Part shown: piece after piece, positions 1 to 11,804 of the stretch | Layout: the number at the start of each line of letters is the position of its first letter | Numbering within the stretch: the stretch's first letter is position 1 | NCBI RefSeq assembly: GCF_006345805.1 | Contig: NC_043008.1 | Span: 17,422,001-17,486,000, forward strand | Length of the DNA stretch: 64,000 bases | Reading direction: 5' to 3' | Source: Octopus sinensis | Lineage: Eukaryota | Made by a program: the position numbers and the translations under genes | Notes under the pieces: model-generated | Told to the model about the DNA's origin: nothing | The model's input: only the letters and a program-made list of their open reading frames with translations | The model's database searches: none

Positions 1-23
1 AATGAATCCAGTCCACTACATAT

Positions 24-67
<44 letters not shown>

Positions 68-85
68 ACAGTATTTTTTTTTCAT

Positions 86-130
86 TTCAACTAGTTTCAG
101 CTCACGAGCTGTGGCCATGCTGGGGTAACG
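86..130 (-). mobile_element. 3' tail fragment of SINE type B (tail variant with CAGCTC-GT-GAGCTG hairpin)
   Basis: Its reverse complement matches the tail at 54887-54945 and the GGTGCYCCAGCATGGCC motif shared by all type B tails. Confidence 0.7.
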
Positions 131-151
131 CCATTCTTTCATTTTTCTTTA

Positions 152-502
152 AGTCGATTACATCAACCCCAGTGCGTAAATGGTGCTTATTTAATCGACC
201 CCGACAGAATGAAGGGCAAAGTTGACCTCGGCGGAATTTGAACTCAGAACGTAACTGCAGACGAAATGCCTATTTCTTTACTGCCCACAAGGGGCTAAAC
301 ACAGAGAGGAGAAACAAGGACAGACAAACGGATTAAGTCGATTATATCGACCCCAGTGCATAACTGGTACTTATTTAATCGACCTCGAAAGAATGAAAGG
401 CAAAGTTGACCTCGGTGGAATTTGAACTCAGAACGTAACGGCAGACGAAATAACGCTAAGCATTTCGCCCGGCGTGCTAACGATTCTGCCAGCTCGCCGC
501 CT
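152..502 (-). mobile_element. SINE type A, head plus two tandem body units
   Basis: The reverse complement starts AGGCGGCGAGCTGGCAGAATCGTTAGCACGCCGGGCG with a B-box-like GAGTTCAAATTCC. The body (GTCGAC...ACCCCAGTGCGTAACTGGTAC) occurs twice. More than 10 related copies are in the window. Confidence 0.85.
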
Positions 503-870
503 TATCGTTCAGCTTGCTTAAATTCGTTATGGGAAATGAGCTTCTTAAAACAATACAAAACATAAAAAGATATCCGCTTTCGCTATTGGTGACGGTCAAG
601 TATATCTGCTTCCTAGATTAACTCACTAATGCTGGACGTGTTCAGAAACAATGTGTATATGTGTGTACGAGCAGGGGAATTATTCAGACAAACCGTACAC
701 TTTCTCTGTATATTTTATCATATCAAATTCTCTTTTTTTTTTTTTTTTGGTGACATCACTTTATGCGTAGTTGCACTCTGCACCGTTCCTTGCAAAGGAT
801 CTTCTGATAGCACTGGACAAAAAAGATTTTGCTATTGGAGTAAAAACATGTGTCTTAGACTAAATCGACG

Positions 871-945
871 ATGGGATCTTCAGGAGAGAATGTGCGTTCT
901 GAGGTAGGCACCAAAACGACACGGATTCTCTCCTGAAGACCTCAT
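871..945. ncRNA. Long fold-back hairpin, pre-miRNA-like candidate
   Basis: 877-891 TCTTCAGGAGAGAAT pairs perfectly with 925-939 ATTCTCTCCTGAAGA. The stem extends outward (871-876 with 940-945, one GU and one mismatch) and inward with bulges, leaving a loop of about 16 nt. Confidence 0.35.
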
Positions 946-1089
946 ATACTAGCTGTCTTCCGGTATGCGGAGTTCTCCACAGGAAGCACTTGCATGTGCA
1001 AGTTGTTTGCAAGACATTTGATGGAAAGAAACCAAAGGTGACAGTGTAAACCTTAATACCGGTTTCAAATTTAGGAACAGCATCAAGGC

Positions 1090-1281
1090 CAGCAATTTCG
1101 GGGACCAGTCGATTAAATCGACTCCAGAACTCAACTGGTACTTAACATATCAATTCCACTCCCCAAAATGGTGCGGGAGCAAAGTCGACCTCGGTGGAAT
1201 TTGAACTCAGAACGGAAGGACGTACGAAATGCCGCTAAGCATTTCACCCGGCGTGCTAACGATTCTGTCAGCTTGCCACCT
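1090..1281 (-). mobile_element. SINE type A, alternative-tail variant, diverged
   Basis: It contains GTCGACCTCGGTGGAATTTGAACTCAGAAC and the GCTAACGATTCTG head motif. Confidence 0.75.
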
Positions 1282-1378
1282 AGTGTGTAAACGCTAAAAT
1301 ATACGACTTGTATTCTTTCCTGTTTATGTACGTGCTGAAGAACCATTATGTTCTCTCTTTCATATCTTATACGTTTCG

Positions 1379-1426
<48 letters not shown>

Positions 1427-1498
1427 ATAAATTTCTCCATATGATTTTTAATATGCCTTTCTAATTATTCTCTTTAGCTACTCTATTAAAATTTCCAT

Positions 1499-1662
1499 AG
1501 GCGTAGGAGTGGCCGTGTGGTAAATAGCTTGCTTACGAACCACATGGTTCCGGGTTCAGTCTCACTGCGTGCCACCTTGGACAAGTGTCTTCTACTATAG
1601 CCTCTGGCCGACGAAATCCTTGTGAGTGGATTTGTTAGACGGAAACTGAAAGAAGCCTGTCG

Positions 1663-1737
<75 letters not shown>

Positions 1738-1972
1738 ATAATTTCTCCATATGATTTTTAATATGCCTTTCTAATTATTCTCTTTAGCTACTCTATTAAA
1801 ATTTCCATAGGCGTAGGAGTGGCCGTGTGGTAAATAGCTTGCTTACGAACCACATGGTTCCGGGTTCAGTCTCACTGCGTGCCACCTTGGACAAGTGTCT
1901 TCTACTATAGCCTCTGGCCGACGAAATCCTTGTGAGTGGATTTGTTAGACGGAAACTGAAAGAAGCCTGTCG

Positions 1973-2062
<90 letters not shown>

Positions 2063-2250
2063 GTCCCCCCCAACATCGCTTGACGACCGATACTGGTGTG
2101 TTTACGTCCCCGTGACTTAGCGGTTCGGCAAAAGAGACAAAGAAAAATTACTATGCTTACAAAGAATAAGTCCTGGGGTCGATTTGCTCGACTAAAGGCG
2201 GTGCTCCAGAATGGCCACAGTCAAATGACTGAAACAAGTAAAAGAGTAAA
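1499..2250 (+). mobile_element. SINE type B whose 5' half lies in a 310 bp tandem duplication; internal (AT)n(GT)n
   Basis: The tRNA-like head GGCGTAGGAGTGGCCGTGTGG...CCGGGTTCAGTC occurs at 1499 and 1809. The tail is GGCGGTGCTCCAG...CAGTCAAATGACTGAAACAAGTAAAAGAGTAAAAG. Confidence 0.85.
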
Positions 2251-2399
2251 AGTGATATTTGCAAGTAATTGTAAAATATTTCACTTTCTTAGTTTAACCT
2301 TCATTCTTTTTGACTATTCGTGTATTATATTTCCCTCATTCTATTCCACAAATTATATTTAACAATTTCCATGCGATTTTATTCTTATTTTTAGAATGT

Positions 2400-2402
2400 T
2401 GC

Positions 2403-2452
<50 letters not shown>

Positions 2453-2510
2453 TATTAATATCATTATTATTATATTATCATTATTATTATTATTATTATT
2501 ATTATTAGTA

Positions 2511-2555
<45 letters not shown>

Positions 2556-2590
2556 CATTATATTATTTTTATTATTATTATTTTTATTAT

Positions 2591-2621
<31 letters not shown>

Positions 2622-2720
2622 TTTTTATATTATTATTATTATTTTTATTATTTTTATTATTATATATTATTATTATTACTATTATTATTAGTATTATTAT
2701 TATTATTTTTATTATTGTTG

Positions 2721-2783
<63 letters not shown>

Positions 2784-2808
2784 TATATTATTATTATTAT
2801 TATTATTG

Positions 2809-2865
<57 letters not shown>

Positions 2866-2878
2866 TATTATTATTATC
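2400..2878. repeat. Long imperfect (TTA)n microsatellite
   Basis: Directly visible; it explains the poly-Y/L/I ORF at 2310-2951. Confidence 0.95.
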
Positions 2879-3717
2879 TTTGTCTTTGTTCCCCCATGTC
2901 ATTATTAATAAATGGTTACACCTTATCCTTAGCAATTTTTACAATAGATGATATGCCAGTTTAATAAACTTTAGAAATTAATATTTTGATTACGTTTTTT
3001 TTTCTTTCTCGCATTTATGACTTCTAAAATAAGTTTTCGCCTCTTTAATTAAGAACTTAAAATCCACGCTTCCATATTACGCTTTCTTTTCCTTTTCCTT
3101 TTCCTGTCAACTTACGATTTTTCTTCTGATTTAATTATTTGTTAATTACTAATATCCCTATGCTTTTCCTCCACTTAGTCAAGAACGTTATTCCTTATTT
3201 ACTTGTCGTATTATTAATATTTATTAACTTAGTGATATCAGCTTAAAACTTATTGAGTTATTCTTCATTTAATGGTTCAGTAGTTATTTACTAAATAACA
3301 ATAATAGCAATTATAATTATTCACTTAGAACGCACTGGTAGTTTTATTTTCTATTAATTTATGCATAAAATAACTTTATTTGTATTCCCGATTTAATTAC
3401 TTTATCATTTAATTGTTTATTTGCTCTATTATCATTCAATTAAGAAAATTATCTGTTTTATTGCATAATAATAATTTATCTATTCATTAACTGAGAAATC
3501 TAAAGAGTCTTTCCTGATTCAACAGTTGAATAATTTTTCACTAAATAACAATAAATACATATTTATATATATTTGCATTCACTTAAAACTCTATTACAAA
3601 AACATCTATTCTGTAAGAACCTCCTAATTAATTAATTAATCTGTTTTTAACAAGATTCAGTATAATTTCAATATAGTATTCGGTGAAGGTATGCAGATAT
3701 TTTGAAAATATTTTGAG

Positions 3718-3965
3718 TTTTTTTCGTATTTAAAAAGGTGAAACAAAGTGAAATTTTAAGGTTTTTGAAAGCTTTATATGTGCCTTTGATACATAAATAA
3801 CCTATTCAAAATCTATCATACCCAATAATGCACAACTCAAAGACATAGAAATATTTTAGATATACGCTTTCATCTCTTAAGTGAAAGGGATACGGGTATA
3901 GGTGATAAAAACATCAAAATGTTTATCCATTAATACCGAGATATGGGGAAGATATATAAACAAAT
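3718..3965 (+). repeat. ~248 bp direct repeat, copy 1
   Basis: Nearly identical to 6298-6545; I count four substitutions. Confidence 0.9.
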
Positions 3966-4424
3966 AGTTTGGGGTTACATTTTGGCAAGGCATATCACCT
4001 GTTCAGCCACCCTACCAAGGATACCGCGACCTCATGGGACTGCAGCAAGGCAGATTGTGAAGGGGCGGCAGTAGAGCTCAGCTGAGCCAACTGTGCTTTC
4101 TTACATTGACGCTGAGTGGAGAATCCAAGGCCAACAGTCAGGATTATGCCGCTCTATCGAAAGAGCAACTGCAATTCGTCTACAGGGGTGGTGTCCAGGT
4201 TTGCGTATGAAGCTAACGAAAGGCTCACCACGATGCAAGCTGTCACTTCAAATAGAATTGGGTGATGACAGTGTCACAGGAATGGGTGTGCATCTTACAC
4301 AATGATGATATACCGTAAAAAATCCCACCACTTCGGTATTAGACTCGAGAAATCATCTTATATAGAGGTATAGCACCGTAAAGCAGAGAAGAATGCCATT
4401 AGGAAACGAAAATCATTCATATAT

Positions 4425-4720
4425 ACAGGGAACACTCCGTCGGTTACGACGACGAGGGTCCCAGCTGATGTGCTCAACAGAACAGCTTGCTCGTGAAATT
4501 AACGTTCAAGTGGCTGAGCACTCCACAGACACGTGTGTCCTTAACGTAGGTCTCAATGAAATTCAGTGTGACACAGAGTGGGACTAGGTTGGCCGTTTGA
4601 AATACAGGTACGACTGAAGCAATGTGAAATGAAGTTTCTTGCTCAAGGACACAACACATCACCGGGAATTGAAGTCATAACCTTACGATCATGACCCGAT
4701 TTCCCTATCCATTAAGCCAT
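4425..4720 (-). mobile_element. SINE with type D head and tail Y
   Basis: 4610-4720 aligns with the head at 34851-34974. 4430-4610 aligns with 43920-44100 (GTCGGTTACGACGA.GAGGGTCCCAGCTG...GAAATACAGGTAC). Confidence 0.8.
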
Positions 4721-4752
4721 ATACCTGCGTATATACACATACACACACACGT

Positions 4753-4784
<32 letters not shown>

Positions 4785-4786
<2 letters not shown>

Positions 4787-5013
4787 TTCTTTACTACCCA
4801 CAAGGGGCTAAACACACAGGGGACAAACAAGGACAGACAAAGGGATCAAGTCGACTACATCGACCCCAGTGCGTAACTGGTACTTAATTTATCGACCCCG
4901 AAAGGATGAAAGGCAAAGTCGACCTCGGCGGAATTTGAACTCGGAACGTAACAACAGACGAAATACGGCTACGAATTTCGCCCGGCGTGCTAACGTTTCT
5001 ACCAGCTCGCCGC
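4785..5013 (-). mobile_element. SINE type A
   Basis: Full head and one body unit, matching 152-502. Confidence 0.85.
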
Positions 5014-5032
5014 CTTCACACACACATATATC

Positions 5033-5450
5033 GGGACAGGCGTGGCTGTGTGGTAAAAAGCTTCCTTCCCAACCACATGATTACGTGTTCAGTCCCACTG
5101 CGTAGCACCTTGCACAAGTATCTTCCACTATAGCCTCGGGTCGGCCAAAGCCTTGTGAGTGGATGTGGTACACGGAAACTGAAGGAAGTCATAGCAACGT
5201 ATATATATATGTATACATATATATTTTTTTCTTTTATATATGTATATATTTGTGTGTCTGTGTCTACCCACCACCACTTGATAACCGATGTTGGTGTGTT
5301 TACATCCCCGTAACTTAGTGGTTCGACAAAAGTAATCGATAGAATTACAAAGGTTTACAAAGTATATAAATCCTGGGGTCGATTTGTTCGTGTAAAGGTG
5401 GTGTTCCAGCATGGCAGCAGACAAATAACTGAAACCAATAAAAGAACAAA
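5033..5450 (+). mobile_element. SINE type B, diverged
   Basis: Head GGCGTGGCTGTGTGGTAA, body AAAGCCTTGTGAGTGGAT, tail GGTGGTGTTCCAGCATGGC. Confidence 0.8.
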
Positions 5451-5512
5451 AGAATATAATTAATTCGGTATGTGGTAAGGCAACTCGTTGCTAAACCCTT
5501 ATTGCTTAGTAT

Positions 5513-5547
<35 letters not shown>

Positions 5548-5584
5548 CATACATATATATGTGTGTGTGTGTAATTGCGTGTGT

Positions 5585-5656
<72 letters not shown>

Positions 5657-6297
5657 AAATATATGCATCTATACACTGGGAAATAAAAATTCAGCTGAGT
5701 TCCATATATACATTACTATGACTTGCATAATACAAAATAGTTGAGTGTTATACGTATTGAGAAGTATTGTTTAGTAAAAGCTGAGATGAACAAAGTTCGT
5801 TGGAAAAGTACAGCTGCCTTTCAGTAACATAATAGTGTATGCTACTTTCTTATTTTTTCACGTATTCATTGTCATGACCTTCACAATGAAATCACAAACG
5901 GCTCAGTCTAACCACACTAACATCACTCTGTTTACATAGCTGTACGCATCTCTTCTTGAATGTATGTATTTTGTTTTATATCTTGAAAGCGAAATTATAT
6001 ATCGATATGCATTTTCATATATTCGTAGATACAAGGAAAATATTATAACTTCAGTCAATATATTTTCTTGAAGTGTAGAAACTGTGTTTGCGTATGTTGT
6101 AGGAAACATGAGAATGTTGATAAACCTTGAGGTTGTTTACAAATGTTCTGCAATGCCATCACCTGCTATACGTGAAAGATCAAAACGAATATATCTGTAG
6201 CGCTGCAGAATAGAAATTCAGTTCGTATTCCCACCGAGTAATTTCTAAATACATAATCTCGGATTGTCGATAAATATTTCTCGGCTAAAATATCAGA

Positions 6298-6545
6298 TTT
6301 TTTTCGTATATAAAAAGGTGAAACAAAGTGAAATTTTAAGGTTTTTCAAAGCTTTATATGTACCTTTGATACATAAATAACCTATTCAAAATCTATCATA
6401 CCCAATAATGCAAAACTCAAAGACATAGAAATATTTTAGATATACGCTTTCATCTCTTAAGTGAAAGGGATACGGGTATAGGTGATAAAAACATCAAAAT
6501 GTTTATCCATTAATACCGAGATATGGGGAAGATATATAAACAAAT
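6298..6545 (+). repeat. ~248 bp direct repeat, copy 2
   Basis: See 3718-3965; the offset is 2580 bp. Confidence 0.9.
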
Positions 6546-7019
6546 AATAAATATTACCCAAAATATATATGGGCCTGCGTTGATATGGTGAATATCAACA
6601 CAAATATATATATAATATATAAATCACCTCTGAGATAAGTCTCTGAATAGCTTTTTTTTCCTTAAAAGAAACATATACATGCCTGTGCAATATAACACTG
6701 AATAAATATATCCGAGCAACTGCACAAATTTTAATGTGATAAGATCAACATACAGAAATAGACACAAATGAAATAATATTAACGAAACTAACTAGATGTA
6801 AAATTCTCATAATTTTAATGAATACGAATATATTGTTTATATTGGCTTATATCGGTTATGGAAGCTACTCGGGATGTTCAAAGTATAATGCTTCCACTGT
6901 GGCTTCATACCCAGACTATAGTGGCCATTTTTGCATTGCGGTTTTGCCATGAGACAACGGAGAAGCCGTGCAGCAAGTTCTTGCTATCCTGTCATGCAAA
7001 TACAAATCTTCGTGGTCGA

Positions 7020-7370
7020 ACTCCTGTTCCCTGAGAGAAAATATTCTCAAATTCCCACCAGGTAAAGAAAACGAAGTCAGAGCTTAGTCGATGAGGCACT
7101 TGCCAAGGGATGTCTTGCGGCCTCCTTCCCCATTGAAGTCGGCAGTCTCGGCCTTCTAGCTAGATAAGTGTGGCTTCCTCCTGGAGATAGGTCTGGACTG
7201 CTGAAGAAAGCCATCAAAAAGAAAGGCACGGCAGCTGAAACTAGCTCAAGGTGGTTATGGTTGTTGAGAGACCGCAAGTAGGTGAAGACTAGTTAAGTCT
7301 ACACTGCTCCAGTTAGGTGCTATGTACAGGATAGGATACCCTGAGACACCTGCAGACATACGGAAGGGTT
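7020..7370 (+). mobile_element. Decayed 3' fragment of an RLE-type non-LTR retrotransposon (HERO/NeSL-like)
   Basis: The plus strand encodes LVDEALAKGCLAASFPIEVGSLGLLAR ... KKAIKKKGTAAETSSRWLWLLRDRK*. This matches the PIEVG.RG ... AAE..S.WLW C-terminal signature of HERO/NeSL-type elements. Confidence 0.65.
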
Positions 7371-7488
7371 TCCAGTATAGCCATGGATTCAACTTATTGG
7401 TTACTGAAGGGAAGGTTCGTTCTTGGAATAATTTGATTTAGTATTTCTTATTGAATTTTCCCTGTAAGTTTGGAATAATATTCCCTCA

Positions 7489-7609
<121 letters not shown>

Positions 7610-8181
7610 ATATATATATATATATCAATGACAGAGGTAGTATTGATATCGAGAGGTAGTATTTACCCCCACTGAAAAAAAGTTATTACATATTCTTTGC
7701 ACCTTCTTTGATTCAAAACTCAAACAACCAATCGCTTAACTTCTTCTGGAAAGAATTGCAGCAGACCACAAAGAGCACACCACATGTATTGCAGGAACAC
7801 AAGGGCTTCTTATTAGGAATTGTATGACACAATAAATTCTGAACTTAGCATAAAGTAGAAATATGGACTAACGGAGGAGTATCATGGACTACTTCGAAAA
7901 GAAATGCAAAATGTGAGAATGCAATTATTTTCCTTTCCTGGTGGTCTTCAAACTATGAAAGAAAATAGTGTCGTTTGTAATAAAATCATGAGAGATATAG
8001 GATGTAAATTACCAGAATCCAAAATACGTATATAAATGGTTTCTTTTACAGGATGCATTTCTTTTACTTCATTTATATCGCTTATAAGATAAACTAAGCA
8101 ATGTTCATCACACAATATCATCGTTTGTTTTCTTTATTTATAAAGAATCAATATATTTTAAAATGTCCTATATATAAGTCA

Positions 8182-8605
8182 TACTCTTCTACTCTTTTAC
8201 TTGTTTCAGTCATTTGACTGTGGCCATGTTTGAGCACCGCCTTTAGTCGAGCAAATCGATCCCAGAACTTATTCTTTGGAAGCCTAGTACTTATTATATC
8301 GGTGTATTTTGCCGAAACGCTAAGTGACGGGGACGTAAACACACCAGCATCGGTTGTCAAGCGATGTTGGGGGGGCGGGGACAAACACAGAAACACAGAC
8401 ACATAAGCACACATACACACACATATATATATACATATATACGACGGGCTTCTTTCAGCTTCCGTCTACCAAATCCACTCACAAGGCTTTGGTCGGCCCG
8501 AGGTCATAGTAGAAGACATCAGCCCAAGGTGCCATGCAGTGGGACTGAACCCGGAACAATGTGATTTGTAAGCAAGCTACTTACCACACAGCCGCTCCTA
8601 CGCCT
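8182..8605 (-). mobile_element. SINE type B, near full length
   Basis: Its reverse complement matches the head, body and (GTAAAAGA)n tail of other type B copies. Confidence 0.9.
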
Positions 8606-8844
8606 ATTATACTGTTAATTATTCTAATTCAAATTTTACCTTGTTTTTTTTCTTTTTGAAGTTTTTATTTGTGACAGGAGACAAATCGTAAATTTACTGA
8701 ATTCCAATTTTTTTTTATACACATCGACCCACTTTAATTTGTTTTACATGTAAGATTTCTCTGATTATTTTAAATGAAACACTTTCACATTTCAGTTCCT
8801 GGAATATTTTCTAAAACCAATGCGGCTCCCCGGAAGGATCGCAA

Positions 8845-9045
8845 ACACACTGGGCAAAATACTTAGCGGCATTTCGTTCGTCCTTTCGAATTCAGTTCAG
8901 ATTCCGCAGAGATCCACTTTGCCTTCCATTCTTTAGGGATCGATAAAATAAGTACAAGTTGAACACTGAGATCGATGCAATCCACTCATCACTTCCACCA
9001 AAATTGCTGGCATTGTGCCAAAACTTGCAAGCAATATTTTCTAAA
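8845..9045 (+). mobile_element. SINE type A, strongly diverged
   Basis: GGGCAAAATACTTAGCGGCATTTCG...ACTTTGCCTTCCATTC...GATCGATAAAATAAGTAC. Confidence 0.6.
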
Positions 9046-10104
9046 ACCCGAATCTTGAATATATAATTTCGCGAAAGTTAGTCATGAAGCCAGAAGCCTC
9101 ATATTTATTAAGGATGATAAATGTGATTCTGTGACGTTCATGCCTTTATCTAATATCGATTACAAACGTCCTTTCTAATTTTTGACAATTCCCGTATTTA
9201 AAATATTCTTTTAGTATTTGCATGCGCATTGCTCATTGAGCATAACTTTTGTGAAATATAATTCACACGTTAAACAGTGATAGATTTTGTTTCCGTAAGC
9301 AATTATTTCAGAGTAAAAAATGACACCCGTAAACGCTATCTGAATAACACAGATTTTTTTCATCGACTAAAATAATGAATTTTAAAATTTTAACGAAAGC
9401 TCATTTATACGTTAACAGTCGCAGATCGGTTTAAAAATATTAATGTATTTTGAACACGGAAAGGAAGTTTATAGTTTTCGTAGAAATTATAGTTATTAAT
9501 GTTAATTAACTTTAAAATAATTACTCGTTGATATACCACTTAGGATTTTCTGAAGAAAAAAACCAATTAATTTCCTTGTAAAAATCATCGATTTCTAGAG
9601 TGTTCAATAATAAACAGCCCCAAAAGTTGAACTGATAAATGTCAAGACTAACATACAAATGTCGACACACACTCGTGATTCATCGTGTCCTTGGTCAATT
9701 AATTCACCTTTGAACACTCGTGTGAACAGAGTTTAAAAGGAGGAAGAAGTGATCGCTACAGATTTAGCAGATTCACTTTCATATTTGTGTTTTGTTAAAT
9801 TTAAGAGTGAAGAATTGAAATTCTATACAATGCAATAAATTGTAGCAGCTATATCCCTCACAAACAATTGCTGACCGTCAAAAGACGCTCACATTTTGCG
9901 GTTGCATAAATCGCTATTAACGAACAACCAGCGATATCACAATCACGAAGTTGCTACACACTTAGTTTCATATTCCATTGGCGAAGAATTCGAAGAATAT
10001 CGTATACTATTATTCTATTTGTAAATGTATCTAGACCAGGTAAATGTGATTTCCAAGGAATGGCCAGCGTATGAGAAATATCAATATATTGGCTTCAGAT
10101 TTTT

Positions 10105-10295
10105 TCACAAGGCCAGAAAGTTTGGGGGCAGGGCTAAGTCGATTACATCGACCACATTATTCAACTGGTACTTATTTTATCGATCTCGAAATGATGAAAG
10201 GCCAAGTCAACTTCCACGGAATTTGAACACAGAACGTAAAGACGGACAAAATGCTACTAAACATTTAGCCAAGCGGGCTAAAGATTCCGTTAACT
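10105..10295 (-). mobile_element. SINE type A, alternative tail, diverged
   Basis: AAGTCGATTACATCGACC...GGAATTTGAACACAGAACG. Confidence 0.7.
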
Positions 10296-11804
10296 GGCCG
10301 TCTTAGTTATATTAAAATATCAACTAAAATCACTATTTCACATCCGACCCGTTTCAAGAAACGCTCTGTGAAATTTAATTCTGGATGTAGAAAACTTTAA
10401 GATCTAGGTTGGAACACAGATTTCTCTGATAAAAAATTATCCGTGGAGCAAAACAACAGCAAAATCCATATCTTTAGATCTACGGTTGATATGTAAATGA
10501 AAGTTAAGCTATACTACTGAGACTACGACGGGATTTTGAATCAGTTCAGTATTTATACACATTTCACGCTGGGACATAACTTGCTACCGTTTATTTTATC
10601 ATTCTGGATACAAAGAAATATTTATTTATGCATATATATTATCGTTGTAGTCACGATTGAATTTCAATGTATGCATGGCATCGTTTCCATATACACGATG
10701 CAGTAATATTTGCTTTGATCTCAATTTTCTTCACCTTTTCGGGTCCAAAGTAATATTTCATAGTAAAATATTTCACGTCAACGCTTAACGCATCGCATAA
10801 TTTCCTAAACTGCAAATGCATCCCTAAAATGATGCACTGAGATACTTTACTGATTTTAGTTTCATCACTGTAGTAATAATATTCTTACCAATTTTACACC
10901 TGAACATACTCTCTATGCATTTTAACTCGGTACTTCCACACTTAACAGGAGATATTAACACATTTTATTCTGAGATTTGCATTCTATCCACTCAATACAA
11001 CGAAATATTAATATTAGATTTGAAGAGAAATATTTTATGATTGCTAGTATCGAAATGTTCTTTCTTCCACACAGCGAAGACGTGTGTATCAATAATTCCC
11101 CTGTATATCTGATTCCTCTATGTGCTGCATCAATCATCGATACATATTTTAAGTTTTGACTTGATATTTTATTGTGCAGTAAGATGATACACTATCACAT
11201 TTTCCCATTGAAATCCTTTCAATTCACAATATGCAGTAACATATGTACATATATTATAAGACTATGTACGAAACTTGACACTAATTTCATTCAAAACGGT
11301 ATAATTTGTGTTGATGTAAGATAGAAAATACAAACAGCATTTCTGAACAAAATCTACATTATTTATGTAAACACATGATGATTGTAGATTTTTATTGAAT
11401 AACGTTTCAGCGTTACACTTCCGATGTTCTAGACATAATAGCTTTCATTTATGCATCTATTACATTTTGCTTTCTCATTTCTTTTTACTCCGATACATGC
11501 TGGAATATTTCATATGATATCTTGATTTCCATACACTAATAGTTAAGAAATATTTCAACTCAGTTTATCCTTACAGATTGATTCAATGGATAGATCGGAC
11601 GTTTGTTTGCGATGCAAGTTAATGCAACCCGTATACCAAGAACACGATGGTCCGGTTAATTTGAAATACTTATAAATATAATTTTCAGTGAACTATATTT
11701 ACAGTACAGCTGGTAAGCCCAACAATAACTGCATTGTTTTACCTGACAAAATGCATAATCAGATGGATGGGAGGAGAAAGATCGTTCTGTTCATTAGAAA
11801 ACCG

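Noticed and set aside
2310-2951. 213 aa ORF and the many YI/CV/HT/LSIY-repeat ORFs across the track
   Set aside because: These are translations of (TTA)n, (AT)n, (GT)n and (GATA)n microsatellites.
5903-6240. GPCR pseudogene (IISLSRY, VMLVWL, FLFCSATDIFVLIF)
   Set aside because: The motif-like pieces are in different frames, spacing is wrong, and there are no convincing transmembrane helices.
3718-6545. LTR retrotransposon
   Set aside because: The repeats lack TG...CA ends, PBS, PPT and target duplication, and no gag/pol lies between them.
11100-11520. EGF/MEGF-like exons on the minus strand (KCDSVSSYCT, KCNRCINESYY)
   Set aside because: The fragments are in different frames, separated by stops, with non-matching spacing.
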